Of a stretch of 64,000 nt of DNA, positions 1 through 12,060 are shown piece after piece. A program made the position numbers and the translations under genes. Source of the stretch: Rhodosorus marinus CCMP1338 (taxonomy: Eukaryota; Plantae; Rhodophyta); contig JAMWBK010000002.1 of the NCBI GenBank assembly GCA_029953675.1, positions 3,410,001-3,474,000 on the forward strand. Reading direction: 5' to 3'. Position 1 is the stretch's first letter. The number at the start of each line of letters is the position of its first letter. The notes beneath the pieces are model-generated. The model was not told the DNA's origin, made no database searches, and worked only from the letters and a program-made list of their open reading frames with translations.

Positions 1-52
1 CGCATTTATGAAGAATAATTTCACCCTGACTTGCTTCTCATGTATGTTTTAG

Positions 53-1136
53 CCCAGCCCAAGCCGAACAGGATATGCCCTGGGGCGCTGCGACTGAGAA
101 ACATCGAAAGGTGGAGCGTGGATGAAATCCCATCCGACGACTCTACGGAGGCGGCGGACTGGCTATTCTCAGCCGTCCTGCAACTGATTGCGGAGAACTC
201 ACTGAATGGAGTTGAAAAGTCATGTGCTCATCGGGACAATCTTGCGCTTCTATCCGAGCACATCACAAATCTCGGGGAGACCGATTCCCCAGAAGTCCGA
301 ACCTTGATATGTGAGAGAACGGTTCGAAAGTCCTGCCCCCGCTCCTATTCTCTTCACTGGACAGAGTTGAGGCGCTCAAGCTCGGTCTCGTCTGCTAGGT
401 GCAACTTGCTGCTTCGCTTGCGGACTCTGGGCTTCCAGTCTTGCAGGTTCCTCATGTTGTCATGTGCTGCTCGAGTCTGTCCCGGTGTGTCTCAGGTTAC
501 CAGGGAGTGTGCAAAGGAGCCATGAGCGCAGCGGAGCGCTTGTTCGCTAAGTTAGAAACACGGAAATCTGGAAGTGATGTCCTCCGTCCCCAAACTCTCG
601 ACTGTGTTGAGCGCTTGTGTGGAGCTTTGCAGGTTCTTGAGAGCATGTGCACAAGCCCAGGGTTCAAGCTCGAACGTGAAACCCGAGCTCTCCAACAGCG
701 AGTGATCGCGCTCTATCCGTTGTATCCGCTCCCTTCGCTTCTGCATATGCACATCATTGCGAAACTTGATCGGGCTGTCACAGACCATGGGGACGGGCAA
801 GAGGATTACGAGTACTCTCTGCCATCTACAAGTAGGTAGTAAACAAAGTCAGCACGACGAACACATAAGGAAATCTCGAGGGTTATGCATCTGCGCGGTC
901 CTCGAGCGATGCATGTGTGGCACACTTGTCAAATTGGGAAGCCTCGGATAGCCGAGTTCTGTACTAGCTGGGTTTGCTGGCTAGAGCTGCATTCACCGGC
1001 CTCGACCTTCGAAAGGGTTATCGACGCTTGCTTGACAATCGATTTTCAGACAGTAACGGCGTTCTGCGCTCCCGGTGGTCTCCATGGCATGCTCTTTGGA
1101 CAGGAACAGGCGCCAACCGCATTGTTCACGACATAA
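53..1136 (+). CDS. 3' part of a multi-exon gene of unknown function (starts upstream of the window)
   Basis: Acceptor ttttag ends at 52. Three ORFs in different frames (31-525, 399-839, 885-1136) join in frame using GT-AG introns at 322-398 and 832-952. No recognisable motif. Confidence 0.5.
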
Positions 1137-1270
1137 GGGGTGTGCTTTCCGTGTTCATCCCAAGTTCGAGCCCGAACAAGTGAACTTTTTAACCTCCTCC
1201 TAGACGCCGAATGATAGGTCGCCCATCCACGCCCCGGTCCTCAAGCTGGCTCTTTTCTCAGGCGACGACG

Positions 1271-1328
1271 TGTCCAAGGAAGCTTTTTCCGTGGTGACAA
1301 CCAACCACGGAAAAAACTCCCTTGGACA
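1271..1328. repeat. 25-bp inverted repeat with 8-nt loop (hairpin)
   Basis: TGTCCAAGGAAGCTTTTTCCGTGGT (1271-1295) pairs with ACCACGGAAAAAACTCCCTTGGACA (1304-1328); 23/25 Watson-Crick pairs. Confidence 0.9.
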
Positions 1329-1810
1329 AGTCTCCCCCCTCCTCCACGATTCCACGGAGACTCGTGAATAGTGGGCCACAGAATACGAAGACATGTCGTG
1401 TTTGCTGAATGCTGTCTAGCCATTCTAGAAGTCCAAAGTCAAGCGTTGCACGACTATGCCATCGTCGACCACTGGCCCAAGCACCAGGACTTCTGCTATG
1501 CGTCGGGCCTCGTGCTCCCTATTGCCATCCAAGAAAAGTTCAGATCTGACATCAGGGGCTCGAGGCAATTTTTTGGCTTCTGGCACTGCAGCGGTCCTCG
1601 TGACTCCCAATTCATGCTTTTAAGTAGAATTCGGATCTGGCGAATGGGTGGGGTCCGAGGTATTTTTAGATCTGCAGCCGGTTGAGATGAGATGAATTGA
1701 GTACGGAGGCCAAGGTTGCTTACCTACTGTGGCAAGAGTGGCATTTCTTTTCACGGGTTTTGTGTACTGGGAGTTCTGGGAAGAATTGTATGCTGTTTGG
1801 CTGGCATGCG

Positions 1811-3345
1811 ATGGCAAGTGAATCTCAGGTCGGCCCTGATTACGGTTCAAGGTGGAAAGATGAAAGCGAGCAGTCTGATTGGCCTGATGGGAATTATTAT
1901 AGCACCGTGACGAATTGGGAGAGATTTGTCAATAGTTTTGAGTAAGTTTGGGCAGGGTGGTTCGCTTGGTTTCTGATCCAGCACTGTGATCATTGAGCTT
2001 ACAGACCATCTTGCTTTCTGTGACCTAGGACGGCGTTGGCAGATTATCACGCGCACGGACAGGTTGTTTGGCAGCTTCTGCTCACATTCGACTTGCTTTT
2101 CTACTGCTGTCTCATAACAACCACGACGCTTTACTGCTATTACTATGGCACGGCAACGAATCTCGGCTGGACGTTTATATCATTTATCGTCGTCTTTCCG
2201 ATTACGTGGAACATTTCAGAGGCGTACAAACGGCGTGAGTCGGCCCTGGTTGGCCTAGCGCGATTTAAGTCCCTGGCTTTGAACATATACTTCGCACATA
2301 GGGACTGGGCTTGTCCGAACAGTTGCAAAACAGATGAGAATATACTAGATGTGGAAGAAAGCTCGCACCAGGAACGAGTCCGACAGGTTTTGAATCAACT
2401 CAGCGGTGGGTTCCGAGGCAATATCGTATCACTGTGATCATCACTTCTTCTTCGCTTTACTCAACCTCTCTATATTGCAGGTTATCTCGGAGACTATCTC
2501 CTCGTTCCTTGCACAAACAACACTCGGCATCTCTTTACGAGTCGTGGCTCGCGCGAGCGTGAGAGACTTCGGCCGCTTAGTCGGGAATACCGGATTCGAA
2601 TCCTGAAGAACCTTAATCGCCTATCCCTCGCCGTAGAAGTGCTCAAGGCGAGGGGATTGCCGGCAACGGAAGCCTCCAGGGTTAATCAGTACAACGAGCA
2701 GCTCTGTCAAGTTATCGAGACTATGCGCAACATAAAAAGCTACCGAACTCCCGAGGGTCTGCGTGCCTTCGCCCGGTTGTTTATTTTTATTCATGCAATA
2801 TTCTACGGAAGCTACTATGCTTACTTGGCAAAGGTAGGACAAACTCTTCCTTCTGGAAAGATATTTGTGCACATTCCAAGATGCTGCTGTTCGGGCTGCT
2901 AAGTAGGCCACTCAAGCGAAGGTTCTTCCACGGTGCTCACATTGTGTAGGAGACAACTCCGCTTTTTGCATTGAGCTTTGCTTACCTGTTGGGAGGCGCA
3001 ATGATCGCCCTGTTGAATGTGGAGGCGGCCCTCGAGGATCCCTTCGATCCTCGCGGTCTGGACAACGTCCGGGTGCAGAAGAAAATTCGTGACTTGCAAG
3101 CAATGATGAAGGTCAAAGTCCCCAGCGTGGAACACTGGATTGCGCCGGCGGATCTAGTTGACGTGCCAGGGCATGCCTTGGCAAGCATGTCCAGTACTGA
3201 TCTTCAGAAACTCCAATCTACCGTTCAGAAGTCTCTGTACCGCGAATTTTTGAATAAGTTCAGATGGAGATCAACGGACGAGCTTCCAATTGCTCGTGAA
3301 CCTCAATCATCTCGAAACCCGCTACGAGAAGATGGGGGTGGGTAG
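1811..3345 (+). CDS. Bestrophin / RFP-TM (UPF0187-like) anion channel family protein, 4 exons
   Basis: Motifs VVFPITWNISEAYKRRESAL, IKSYRTPEGLRAF and LLNVEAALEDPFD with hydrophobic helices. Introns at about 1942-2028, 2406-2480 and 2834-2949 keep the frame. Confidence 0.8.
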
Positions 3346-3501
3346 ACTAGTGGAAAATCTGGTACGCCAGGAGTTGTATGCGACCTGGAAATTACGTATT
3401 CGGAATTGTCCGAATACATAATTGGCTGCCTCACTTGGTCGATTTTTGATTCAAAGGAGGTCAGACAGAGCAGCAAGATGTCGAGATTAGTCTTGCAGTT
3501 T

Positions 3502-5155
3502 TTATTTACGTTCGCTCCCTTGCGGAGTCTCCTGAGGTTTCTTCTGAGACTTCAACATCTTGATATGACTGTAGGAAACCACACCTGTTTCAGGAAAGGA
3601 AACCGTTTAGATTGGGTCTTCTCCAAATCCAATTGGTGGGGCTGAGGAACAATATAGTTTCTTTGGCTTGTACAATTCTTACCGCACAGTGTTATCACAA
3701 TTCCCATAAAGTTTTTGATGTCAAACGGTCTGCCGAAGAACAAATAGTCAACAGACAGAAGCGTGCAGGTCTTAAAATGACCCAGCACGTTGTAGGTAAC
3801 GGCAGATGTCTTTCCAATCACCATGAAAATCGACACGTTCACGCCAAAGGCAAGCACACCTGTAATCGCGATTGCGATCTGCAGAACGTTGGGCAGCATA
3901 GCAAAGTTCAGTTGAAGGAAAAAGCAGCACGGTTCTGGGGCAAGAAAAGCAAGATCCTTATACTCAAGTTGCCTTGACATAGTTTTCTGAGCAGTGCATA
4001 CCGCTGTTCTGGCGGTCATATCAAATTGGAACAGACTTCCGCTGTCCGACAGGGACAAATTATCGAGGATTGGAACGAACGGGATGATGAACAACGCAGA
4101 TAGAGGTGCTGTGTACAGCTGCAACTGGAGAGGATTCGCCTCGAGAGATCTGCGATTAGAAAAGAAATAGGTGTATGCATTGTTAGTCTTGTCGTCTTGC
4201 GTCACACGTGAAAGGTCAGTTCGTCTTGAAAATCTTGCCCTATTCTCAGAAGAACGGGATGGAGAATCTTACTTTTGCAGGCTTGCACACCAGATTTGAT
4301 AGAATGAGGTACACAGAATATTCAATATGGCAAATATTACACCGATCATATTCAATTTAAAGTCAGTTGCGCCGGTGAGCGAAACCCCAGCGATAACCAG
4401 CAGCAAGGGTATCACCAACTCTTTGTCAAGGTACTTTTTGTAGACCACCGCTTCAATGACCACGACTGCAGCCACTGTCATATGCTTCATGACCTGATAA
4501 AATCCGAGCGAGTTGTACTGCAAACTCAAATTGGAAAAAACCACAAAACCCATTCCGACAAAGGCCAACCATGACGACTTCTTAATGTCCAGCTTCTTGA
4601 ACTCGAAGAGATGCACTTGCAGGCAAAACAGCAAGCCGAGCGTCGTGAATATAAAGTGAATGAAAGTCAACGTCGTAGCTGCGGATTTGACAATCAATGG
4701 ACCACATGGCGAGCGAGCGAAACAGAAAACCACAAAGATCTGCGTTAAACAGGTACGCAAAGTGCCAAAGAGCAAGTAACAAGCTAGGGAGTCGTTTTTC
4801 ACTGGAAGGCTCGCGGCGCCCCGACAAGGAGCTCCAGTTTTTGACTTTCACAATGCTTGTACCAAGAACAACTAGAGCGGGGGGACTTACCGAAAGTAAA
4901 ATTGCACTGCTGGTACACAAATTTATTTGCAGAGACGATGCCCGTCGACGTAAAGAAATTGAAGAAAATTGCTGACGCGATGGAGAGATCGAACGCCGTC
5001 ATCCATTTTTGCACAATACCCTTCGGTTGCTCCTTCTCAGATACCTTCTCAGCGTCCATCTTTGTTGGCATCTTCTCCGCTCCCTTTCTCAGTCGAACTT
5101 GGTCCCGTTTATCTCTCTGACCATCCCCTTTTATTCCACCAGTTCCGATTCCCAT
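3502..5155 (-). CDS. Nucleotide-sugar / TPT-family transporter (SLC35E3/UXT-like), multi-exon
   Basis: Motifs FFTSTGIVSANKFVY, SNLSLQYNSLGFYQVMK and IGKTSAVTYNVLGHFKTC across spliced ORFs. Last exon GVVSYSHIKM...ERK stops at 3502. Start codon uncertain. Confidence 0.88.
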
Positions 5156-6260
5156 ACCTTCCCACACCGTGCCCTATAAAAAAGTTGGCTGATATTGCCA
5201 GCCCAGCGAATGTTGCAAAATGTGTCCCCATCTATGCACTGAGCACAACATCCACGACAAAAAAAACCCGTTCCGCAACCCCAGAAACAAGGCGCATGTT
5301 TTTCCGAACAAATTGAGAGCTTCTCAGTGGCATTGCTCCTCCGCATACATATTTTATTAAATACAAAGATATATTCGCTTTCATATCCCTTTCTCTTTTC
5401 CAAGTCAACCCCCCCCCCCACTGCTTTTGATGTTTCAGCTTTGGCCAAATCCGTTAAATTATGATTTGGCCCAATTCATACCCGTCGGATGAAAAAACAT
5501 ATCAAATAAAAGTATTAACCGGAGAGTTTCAGGAAAAAGTGCCTCGCTATTCTCTCCGCCCCCTACGCCCTCATGCTGCGATTTGTTTCCACTACTTGGC
5601 AGCTGATATTTTGATGATCTGTCCGTTTCTAAATACGGATTTCGTCGGAAAAGAAATATTCGCACCCGAAGAAATCAGGTTTTGTGTAACATTCTGGGAC
5701 AAATACCACTAACACCCAATTGGCTGTCGGGTTGACGAGTTGGTGTTCCTAAGCAGGTCCTTCTCCTTTATTTTTCTTGAGTCGTGGCGCGCTATGGCAT
5801 TTAACGATATTATCAAAAATATGCCATCTTTTTTTGCTTAATTCCGTATACTGTTCATTGAATAATTTCTGTTTTTCAGACACAATGGAAGGTGATATAC
5901 TATCCACGAACAGTTTATCGAGTCTGAGCGATGGCCGGCAACTCGTCCAGCCAATAGCCCAGAATATTCGTCTAAATAATTAATCCTCGCCTGTGCAGAT
6001 ATTGAATTATGATTATTTCTCCTAATGACAAACTGTCACATTCATACATTGAATTATGCTTATTTTTGATATCAACAGGCTGTCACGGACAATCTCATGG
6101 TTTTTCAGAATGCTCAAAATTTTGGACGCGCAGCCAGCCCTGGGGGTGTGAGGGCAGGTGGATTTGATAGCAACTTTCAAGCTCACGGGAGTGTGTATAT
6201 GGGGTTGGGGGAAAGCGGAAAAGGAAGGGGACTGATTGTGCAGTGAACTGCGATGCAACT

Positions 6261-6523
6261 TGTTGGAAAATTTTCACCTGAATTGGATTGTATTAGTCTG
6301 GAATTCGTTGGAGTTGAACCTTCTCTAACGCGAAGGATTACACTAGGAAGAGAGACTATTCGAGAACTTTATTCGATGGCTAGAGAGTACTCTGAATAAT
6401 GTGGCAGTAGGATTGTTCGGAACTTCTCTGTCAACTACAGGGCGTGGCGCTGTCAGACCCTTTTTTTCTCAAGCGGTTTTCGTTTGAGGTGATTCATAGG
6501 AACACTGGCGCCCCGGCCCTGAT
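6261..6523 (+). mobile_element. Candidate LTR-retrotransposon relic: putative 5' LTR (TGTT...AACA) followed by a primer-binding site
   Basis: TGTTGG at 6261 and AACA at 6501-6504, then TGGCGCCCCGGCCCTGAT at 6506-6523. Its reverse complement has the spacing of a tRNA 3' end. No second LTR or pol ORF was seen. Confidence 0.35.
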
Positions 6524-7250
6524 TCGACATAGTCAGTGCATTCTAACGGATCCCCCATGAAGAGCTTGGCTCTGCAGCGCCTGATAACAAAGCCTGAGCT
6601 CCCTACGCAGCTTCACCAGCCCCTTGTTCTGTTACAAGAAGACTTCCTCCTTCAACAAGCACGGAACCAAAACAATACCCATGAGAGGAGCAAGCGACAG
6701 ATCGACCAAGGCGGAATCGGTAGCACTGAACCCCTAGGATAATCCGAAGGGCTTAATCCCTAGACTTAAGCTATCTCTACTCGGAGTTCACAAGACAGAA
6801 CAGAGCAAACTGTGATTGTTTAGGTGTGGAGGTTGACGCGCATGGGCGCTGCCTTTCTTGGCGAATGCGGGGGTTCCTGTCTTCCAAGTCAAGAGCTGGG
6901 GTTCCGAGTTATCTTCTATGATATCCGTCCAAGCCCGAATGCCACCACGCTTTCTGAGCAGCCAATGTGAGTGATAATCAGCAGCTTGAATACAGAGAAG
7001 AGATTGACGGTTTCAAGGTCATGGTTTCTATACTTTCGACAACTCGCCTCTCTATCCCATTCATACTTCAGTTCTCACCTTAAGATCACCGCCTACATTT
7101 TCGTGCAAGAATTCTTTCTGAGAGCAGAAGTTAGCTAAATAAGTTTGTTCATGAACTGTGAGACGAGACAATCGAATCCTGTTCTAACTGTCTATATACG
7201 CATCAGTTTTCCTCCCGTCAGTGTCTAACCAAACCGGGTCCTTAACCCTG

Positions 7251-8830
7251 TTAACTCTGTCCGGCAGCCTCCGACGGCGAAGCAAGAACTACAGCAACCT
7301 CCTGATAAAACCTTTGAAAAGGTACGAGGTAGAAGGAGCTAATGGATAGATTTCCGTTGGCGTCAAACCCTTGCTTGGAATTGTAGTGAAAATAGAGGAC
7401 AGAATCCACCGGAGGTTGCCCGTCAACCAGCCCATCATCCTCGAGGGCGGATACCAAAAGGTTGATTTCATCTTCGATTCCATCCATTTCTCGCGCACCG
7501 TATACCTTGCGCACTGCTAGGCGGCGCTTGGGCACTTGTACCAATCGCATGCTCTCCGGCATTTTCGTGGGTCTGGGAAGCCGCCAAAACACTGTCGGAT
7601 ACAGCACGCTCCAGATCAGATTTCCATCCTCAGAACGCTTCACACAGCTTGGTCTAGTTGGCCAGTACAATTCTTCCTTCCGCGTCTACGGGATACGGTC
7701 CAGAGAGCATATTCTTAGAAAACTTTCAAACGAAACTCAGCGGATGTATGGGTCGAGCCGTGAGCTCTGAGTCCATAGTTTTAGAAGTGAACCTCCCAGG
7801 ACAACAAGCTTGCGGACTCGCAACGCGGGACAAAACAAAAAAAAAACTGGTCCGAGGAGACAACCTACCTCGCCAGTGTAGCAGCTTTCAGGAGGGCGAG
7901 GAACGGGAAAGTAATCTCCAATATCCAGGATATTCTCCTTTTCAACGTCTACGGTCGCCTCAACAATCTCGTGCGCGCTTTCCTCAACAATATAGTAATC
8001 CTGGCTCTCCCTGTGTTGTTACCAGAAGCGACATGTTGTCTCGTTAGATCGTTATACTTTGCCTAACGTTCAAGGAAGACTTATCCACGATTGTTGCCCC
8101 CGGCCTCATCAACTTACGAAATTTTTCGCCTAAGTCCAGAATTGATCTCCGTATGTGGTGATCCGTAATACCAAAATATGTCTTCCCAACGTGGGATTAC
8201 TTGAAGTGCTGCTTCGCGCGGTCTCAGGAACCAGTCGTCTTCGATTTCGATCACTTTCCCGTCACGATTTAACTTGTACGCAGAACTGCCCGCGACGACC
8301 ACCCTTGGTCGATGAGGATATGGCATTGATGTACTCGCCACCCAGTCGAAGCTCCGCTTATCTGGATCTGATTTCATGATGCAGAGACTACTATATAAAA
8401 ACCAGTCTAGTGAAGACCTCAGCTTCTCTTCTATCTCAGCAGACCCATCAACGATACCAAGCGGACTCTTCCAGCAGCAGTCAGGGGACAATTGCGAGAG
8501 CAAATTGGAAGGATTCTTGCTCCGCACATATTCCTATAGTTGTGTAGGAGGATTTGCCCGGGAATTAATACCTTCAAATAAGGCAAAAACGTAGCCAAAA
8601 GTTGAGGGAAAGCCTCTCAAACTGACCTCCAGGACGATAGCAAAGTCCTCATCTTTCGAACCTTCTGAACCTTCGGAACCGTCGGAGCCCCGCGCTGGCG
8701 CGACTGACACATCAGATCCAGCCGGAGCCTCAACGAACCGTATGGTGTATCGTCTTCTTCCAGCCGCAGCTCTGTTCCGGGGAAGCCTTCCGTGAGCCGT
8801 CGGAAGCGCCCCGCATACGACAAAGCCCAT
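7251..8830 (-). CDS. Plastid-targeted DUF2358/SnoaL-like plus SOUL heme-binding protein (HBP5-like), multi-exon
   Basis: Exon 1 starts with an MGFVVCG... transit-peptide-like segment. The middle exon has FDWVASTSMPYPHRPRVVVAGSSAYKLNRDGKVIEIEDDW (DUF2358-like). The last exon has LPRPTKMPESMRLVQVPKRRLAVRKVYG (SOUL-like). Confidence 0.65.
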
Positions 8831-10258
8831 GGTTAACACGCTCCAGACCAAGGCTCAACTTCCGAAACACGCGCCCGCTAGAAGTCCCGCCTCTGTACCA
8901 TGTACTCTCAAAATCAAGAATCTCTAAAATACCCGGCAGCAGGGAAAGCTCAATATGACAGAAGTAGATGCGTAATAACAATGATCTAGTCCAGTCTGCC
9001 AAACATACACCTCTCCATTCTAGTTCATCGATAGCGAGGTGTGGTAGCTGAACCCGACGCCAATTTCGTTTTCAGTCAAGAACCGCAGGACCCCGCGCGA
9101 CGCACAACCAACTGATCGTAGATACTATAGGGTTGTACCCCGTAATTGTTCGTTTATGTTCTTAAATTTATTTTAGTTTTAGAAACATCTTAAGAGAAAA
9201 CTCGATAATTATACCGGAAGCAGTTTGAGATACTGGATAATCGTCTTTGTGATACTCTCGTGTTTGACATTGGTTGCAAGTTTGCAAGACACCAGAATGT
9301 ATGTTAGCGGAGGAGGGAGGAGATGAGATTTACGGATAAGAGAATTGATTGGTTGTTTTAGGTTTCGTGTGATCATTAGTTCGCAGCAGGAAGCACTCGT
9401 TGGATATTACTTGCAATACGAGAATTATAGGCACACACTTCGATTGGCTAAGAAAAATCATTGGCTGTTGATTTTTCTATACAAGTTGCTTCCAATAGTT
9501 TCGAGGAGAGCTGAAGCAGCGTTGTGGCACCGCGGTAGGATGCACAGATCCCAAAAGCAGGAGGATCAAAGAGCACTACATCTTCAATAATCTCGAAGGA
9601 AAGGAGGGTATGATGCATATCGTGCGTATTCAGAGATCAATCTGTTTGAGCCTTGCGCGGATGGTCTTCCCCCAGGGCACACTTAGTGCTTCCCCACACA
9701 ATTCTGGAGGAAGCGAAGTTTGCACATATGCTAGTAAATCCTAGTTTCGTGTGTTTGCTTCAGCGATCGTCTCAATTGAACACATTCACACTCGTATAGA
9801 ATTCATCAAGGGCAACAGATGTAGTATAAGTCAGATCCCAGAGGCTTATCTGTGGTTTTGCTATTTTGTCGGGATTTGGTCTGATGCAGGCATATTAGGA
9901 GGTTCCGTCCATTTTCACTCGCGTCGAATACGATGCAAACGTTTGTCTCACTTTTCCTCGGCGTGCCGGATGGAGCGTTGAATAAGGGCTGGTCCTATGC
10001 AACGCACGAAAATCGTCTGAACTAACAGAATGAAATATTGTGCGCTGTCACATATAATTTCCGGTGGAAGGGGTAAAAATGGGACCTTCTGGGAGTTCGA
10101 GATCGTGTTGCAGGCTTAGCATATTTAACGAGTGGCTGAGTTTCAACAGCAGGATTTTGTGAGACGTTTATGGAGGGCGTGCGGCTTCCTCTGGCGCGGA
10201 AGTCGGCCCCTGACTTCGATTAAGGTCGCTTAGTCCTGCGGCCTGGCCTGAAGCGAAA

Positions 10259-11746
10259 ATGAACCGATCACGGCAGAGGGTCTCGTCTAAGCGTTGGGGA
10301 GCCGAGGCCCTCTTGATTAATGCCCTGACGGCTTTATCCTCATATCGACTCTACGCTGGTGCTGGCAAGGAGATGGCATCTATTTTCCTGTTGCTCAACG
10401 CCTCGGTTGCATCGATTGGCGCTGCCGTTGGGGCGGACTGTCACGGGCTGCGGCCACGAAAGTGTGAGGACCAAGTCGCTCTTGTGCCTGGATCCGCACT
10501 AGTACCACTGCTATGTAGTACATATGCTGCAGAAAAGGCATGGACAGGATGGGACTTGCGATTTTGGCTCTCCCTGCTGCATGCCTTGTATTTTCTTCTT
10601 GTCACTGGGTTCCCTGTGCTATCCAGGCGTCGCTATTCGATGGGAGCCGTGCTCGGCATTATTGGATACGGAATTTTTGGTTCTCACGCAGTACTTGCGT
10701 GTCTGTTGTTTCCGATTGTATTCTGGGAGTTCACATACGAGTGGGAACGTAGCTTCACCTTGGGCGAGGCTACAATCACTGCATCTGCGTTATGTCTCTG
10801 CCTGACGGAGCTTCCAGGGGTTGGGATAAATAGTACGCTTTCCAACAGCCATGGGGAGGTTGATGGTGTTATCATTTGCGGTGTTCTTGGCGTAATTGCA
10901 GCTATCTTACTCCTGACGCCGATCGCGCGGAGACCGGGGCAGGAGGACTCGAAGAAGTTGGTAATCTCTATTATCGGGTTCTTCGGAATAGGGGTCTACC
11001 CGCTGCTGTGTAGTTACCTGCGAACGGAGCCATTTGGGTGGATTCTCACGTACTTGGCATCCCACCTCCGAATAGGAATTGTTTCAACATGGCTAACGAT
11101 ACTCATAGTCGTAATTCTATGGTTCCCGCCCCAAAAGCTGAACACGAGTTTGATTATTGCGCGGAAGTTTTACCACCTACTCGCGATCGTGATGTTCTTA
11201 GCTCCTGCGTTTCTTGACATGGAGTTGCTGCGCCTTGCGTTCGCCGTTGCGCTAGTTGGGCTCGTGGTCGTAGAAATACTGTGCATTCCAAAGTCTCTGA
11301 CACTAAGCATGCAGCTTAGCAAGTACATGGGTTCGCTCACGGATAAGAGGGATAGGGGACTCGTCGTTGTATCGCATATTTATCTTTTGCTGGGCTGTGC
11401 CTTTCCTATGTGGCTCGAGCCTTTGCCCTGCCGCAGTACGAGCTTGTCTGGTCTTGTGTGCCTGGGCGTTTACGATGCCGTAGCGTCTGTGGTAGGGAGT
11501 ACGCTAGGAAAGATCCGAATCTTCTGGACAAGGAAAACCGTGGAGGGGTCGATCGGGGGAGCAGTCACTGCTCTGGGCTTTTCACTATCTGTCAGTGCAG
11601 TTCTTTGTCACGAGGATGCTTCTGAATTTGGGTTGAAAGCTGCCTCAATAACTCTGATGGCTCTCTTCGAGATTTGCACGACACAGAACGATAACTTAGT
11701 TTTACCTATTTACTATTTTGCTTGTCTTCGTCTGATTTGCCCATGA
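10259..11746 (+). CDS. DOLK: Dolichol kinase (CTP-dependent, polytopic membrane protein)
   Basis: Motifs ARKFYHLLA, DKRDRGLVVVSHIYLLLGCAFPMWL, GVYDAVASVVG, KTVEGS and TTQNDNLVLP; single 495-aa ORF. Confidence 0.93.
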   Translation: MNRSRQRVSSKRWGAEALLINALTALSSYRLYAGAGKEMASIFLLLNASVASIGAAVGADCHGLRPRKCEDQVALVPGSALVPLLCSTYAAEKAWTGWDLRFWLSLLHALYFLLVTGFPVLSRRRYSMGAVLGIIGYGIFGSHAVLACLLFPIVFWEFTYEWERSFTLGEATITASALCLCLTELPGVGINSTLSNSHGEVDGVIICGVLGVIAAILLLTPIARRPGQEDSKKLVISIIGFFGIGVYPLLCSYLRTEPFGWILTYLASHLRIGIVSTWLTILIVVILWFPPQKLNTSLIIARKFYHLLAIVMFLAPAFLDMELLRLAFAVALVGLVVVEILCIPKSLTLSMQLSKYMGSLTDKRDRGLVVVSHIYLLLGCAFPMWLEPLPCRSTSLSGLVCLGVYDAVASVVGSTLGKIRIFWTRKTVEGSIGGAVTALGFSLSVSAVLCHEDASEFGLKAASITLMALFEICTTQNDNLVLPIYYFACLRLICP

Positions 11747-12060
11747 CTCAGAACGTTTCTATTTACCCTAAATAATGGTTGGTCGAGGTCCACTGGACAA
11801 TCCAGCGCGGGTCGCTGGTGATCATGAACCTTCTTGCGATCTCCGCGCAACCTCCGGGATAATCGTCACCCAGTAACCGGAGTAAACAAGCAGAGAGTCC
11901 GAGGCAGTGCTTTCCTGTTTTAGGTTGCCAGCCAACCCCTACTCCCTTTTTGCTTCCACGCTCGGAGAGGCAAGTTTCAACAGAATCACATTTGTCGCGC
12001 GGGCAGTTGTGAACTTTACACTGTTAACAGTTATATTAGAACTAGTGGCGAACTGGATGC

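Noticed and set aside
6880-6950. Peptide ELGFRVIFYDIRP resembling a D-2-hydroxyacid dehydrogenase strand
   Set aside because: Only about 12 residues, with no GxGxxG motif or supporting exons.
9300-9960. Purine tract followed by TGAGA, resembling a PPT plus 3' LTR
   Set aside because: No convincing LTR end, second copy or coding relic.
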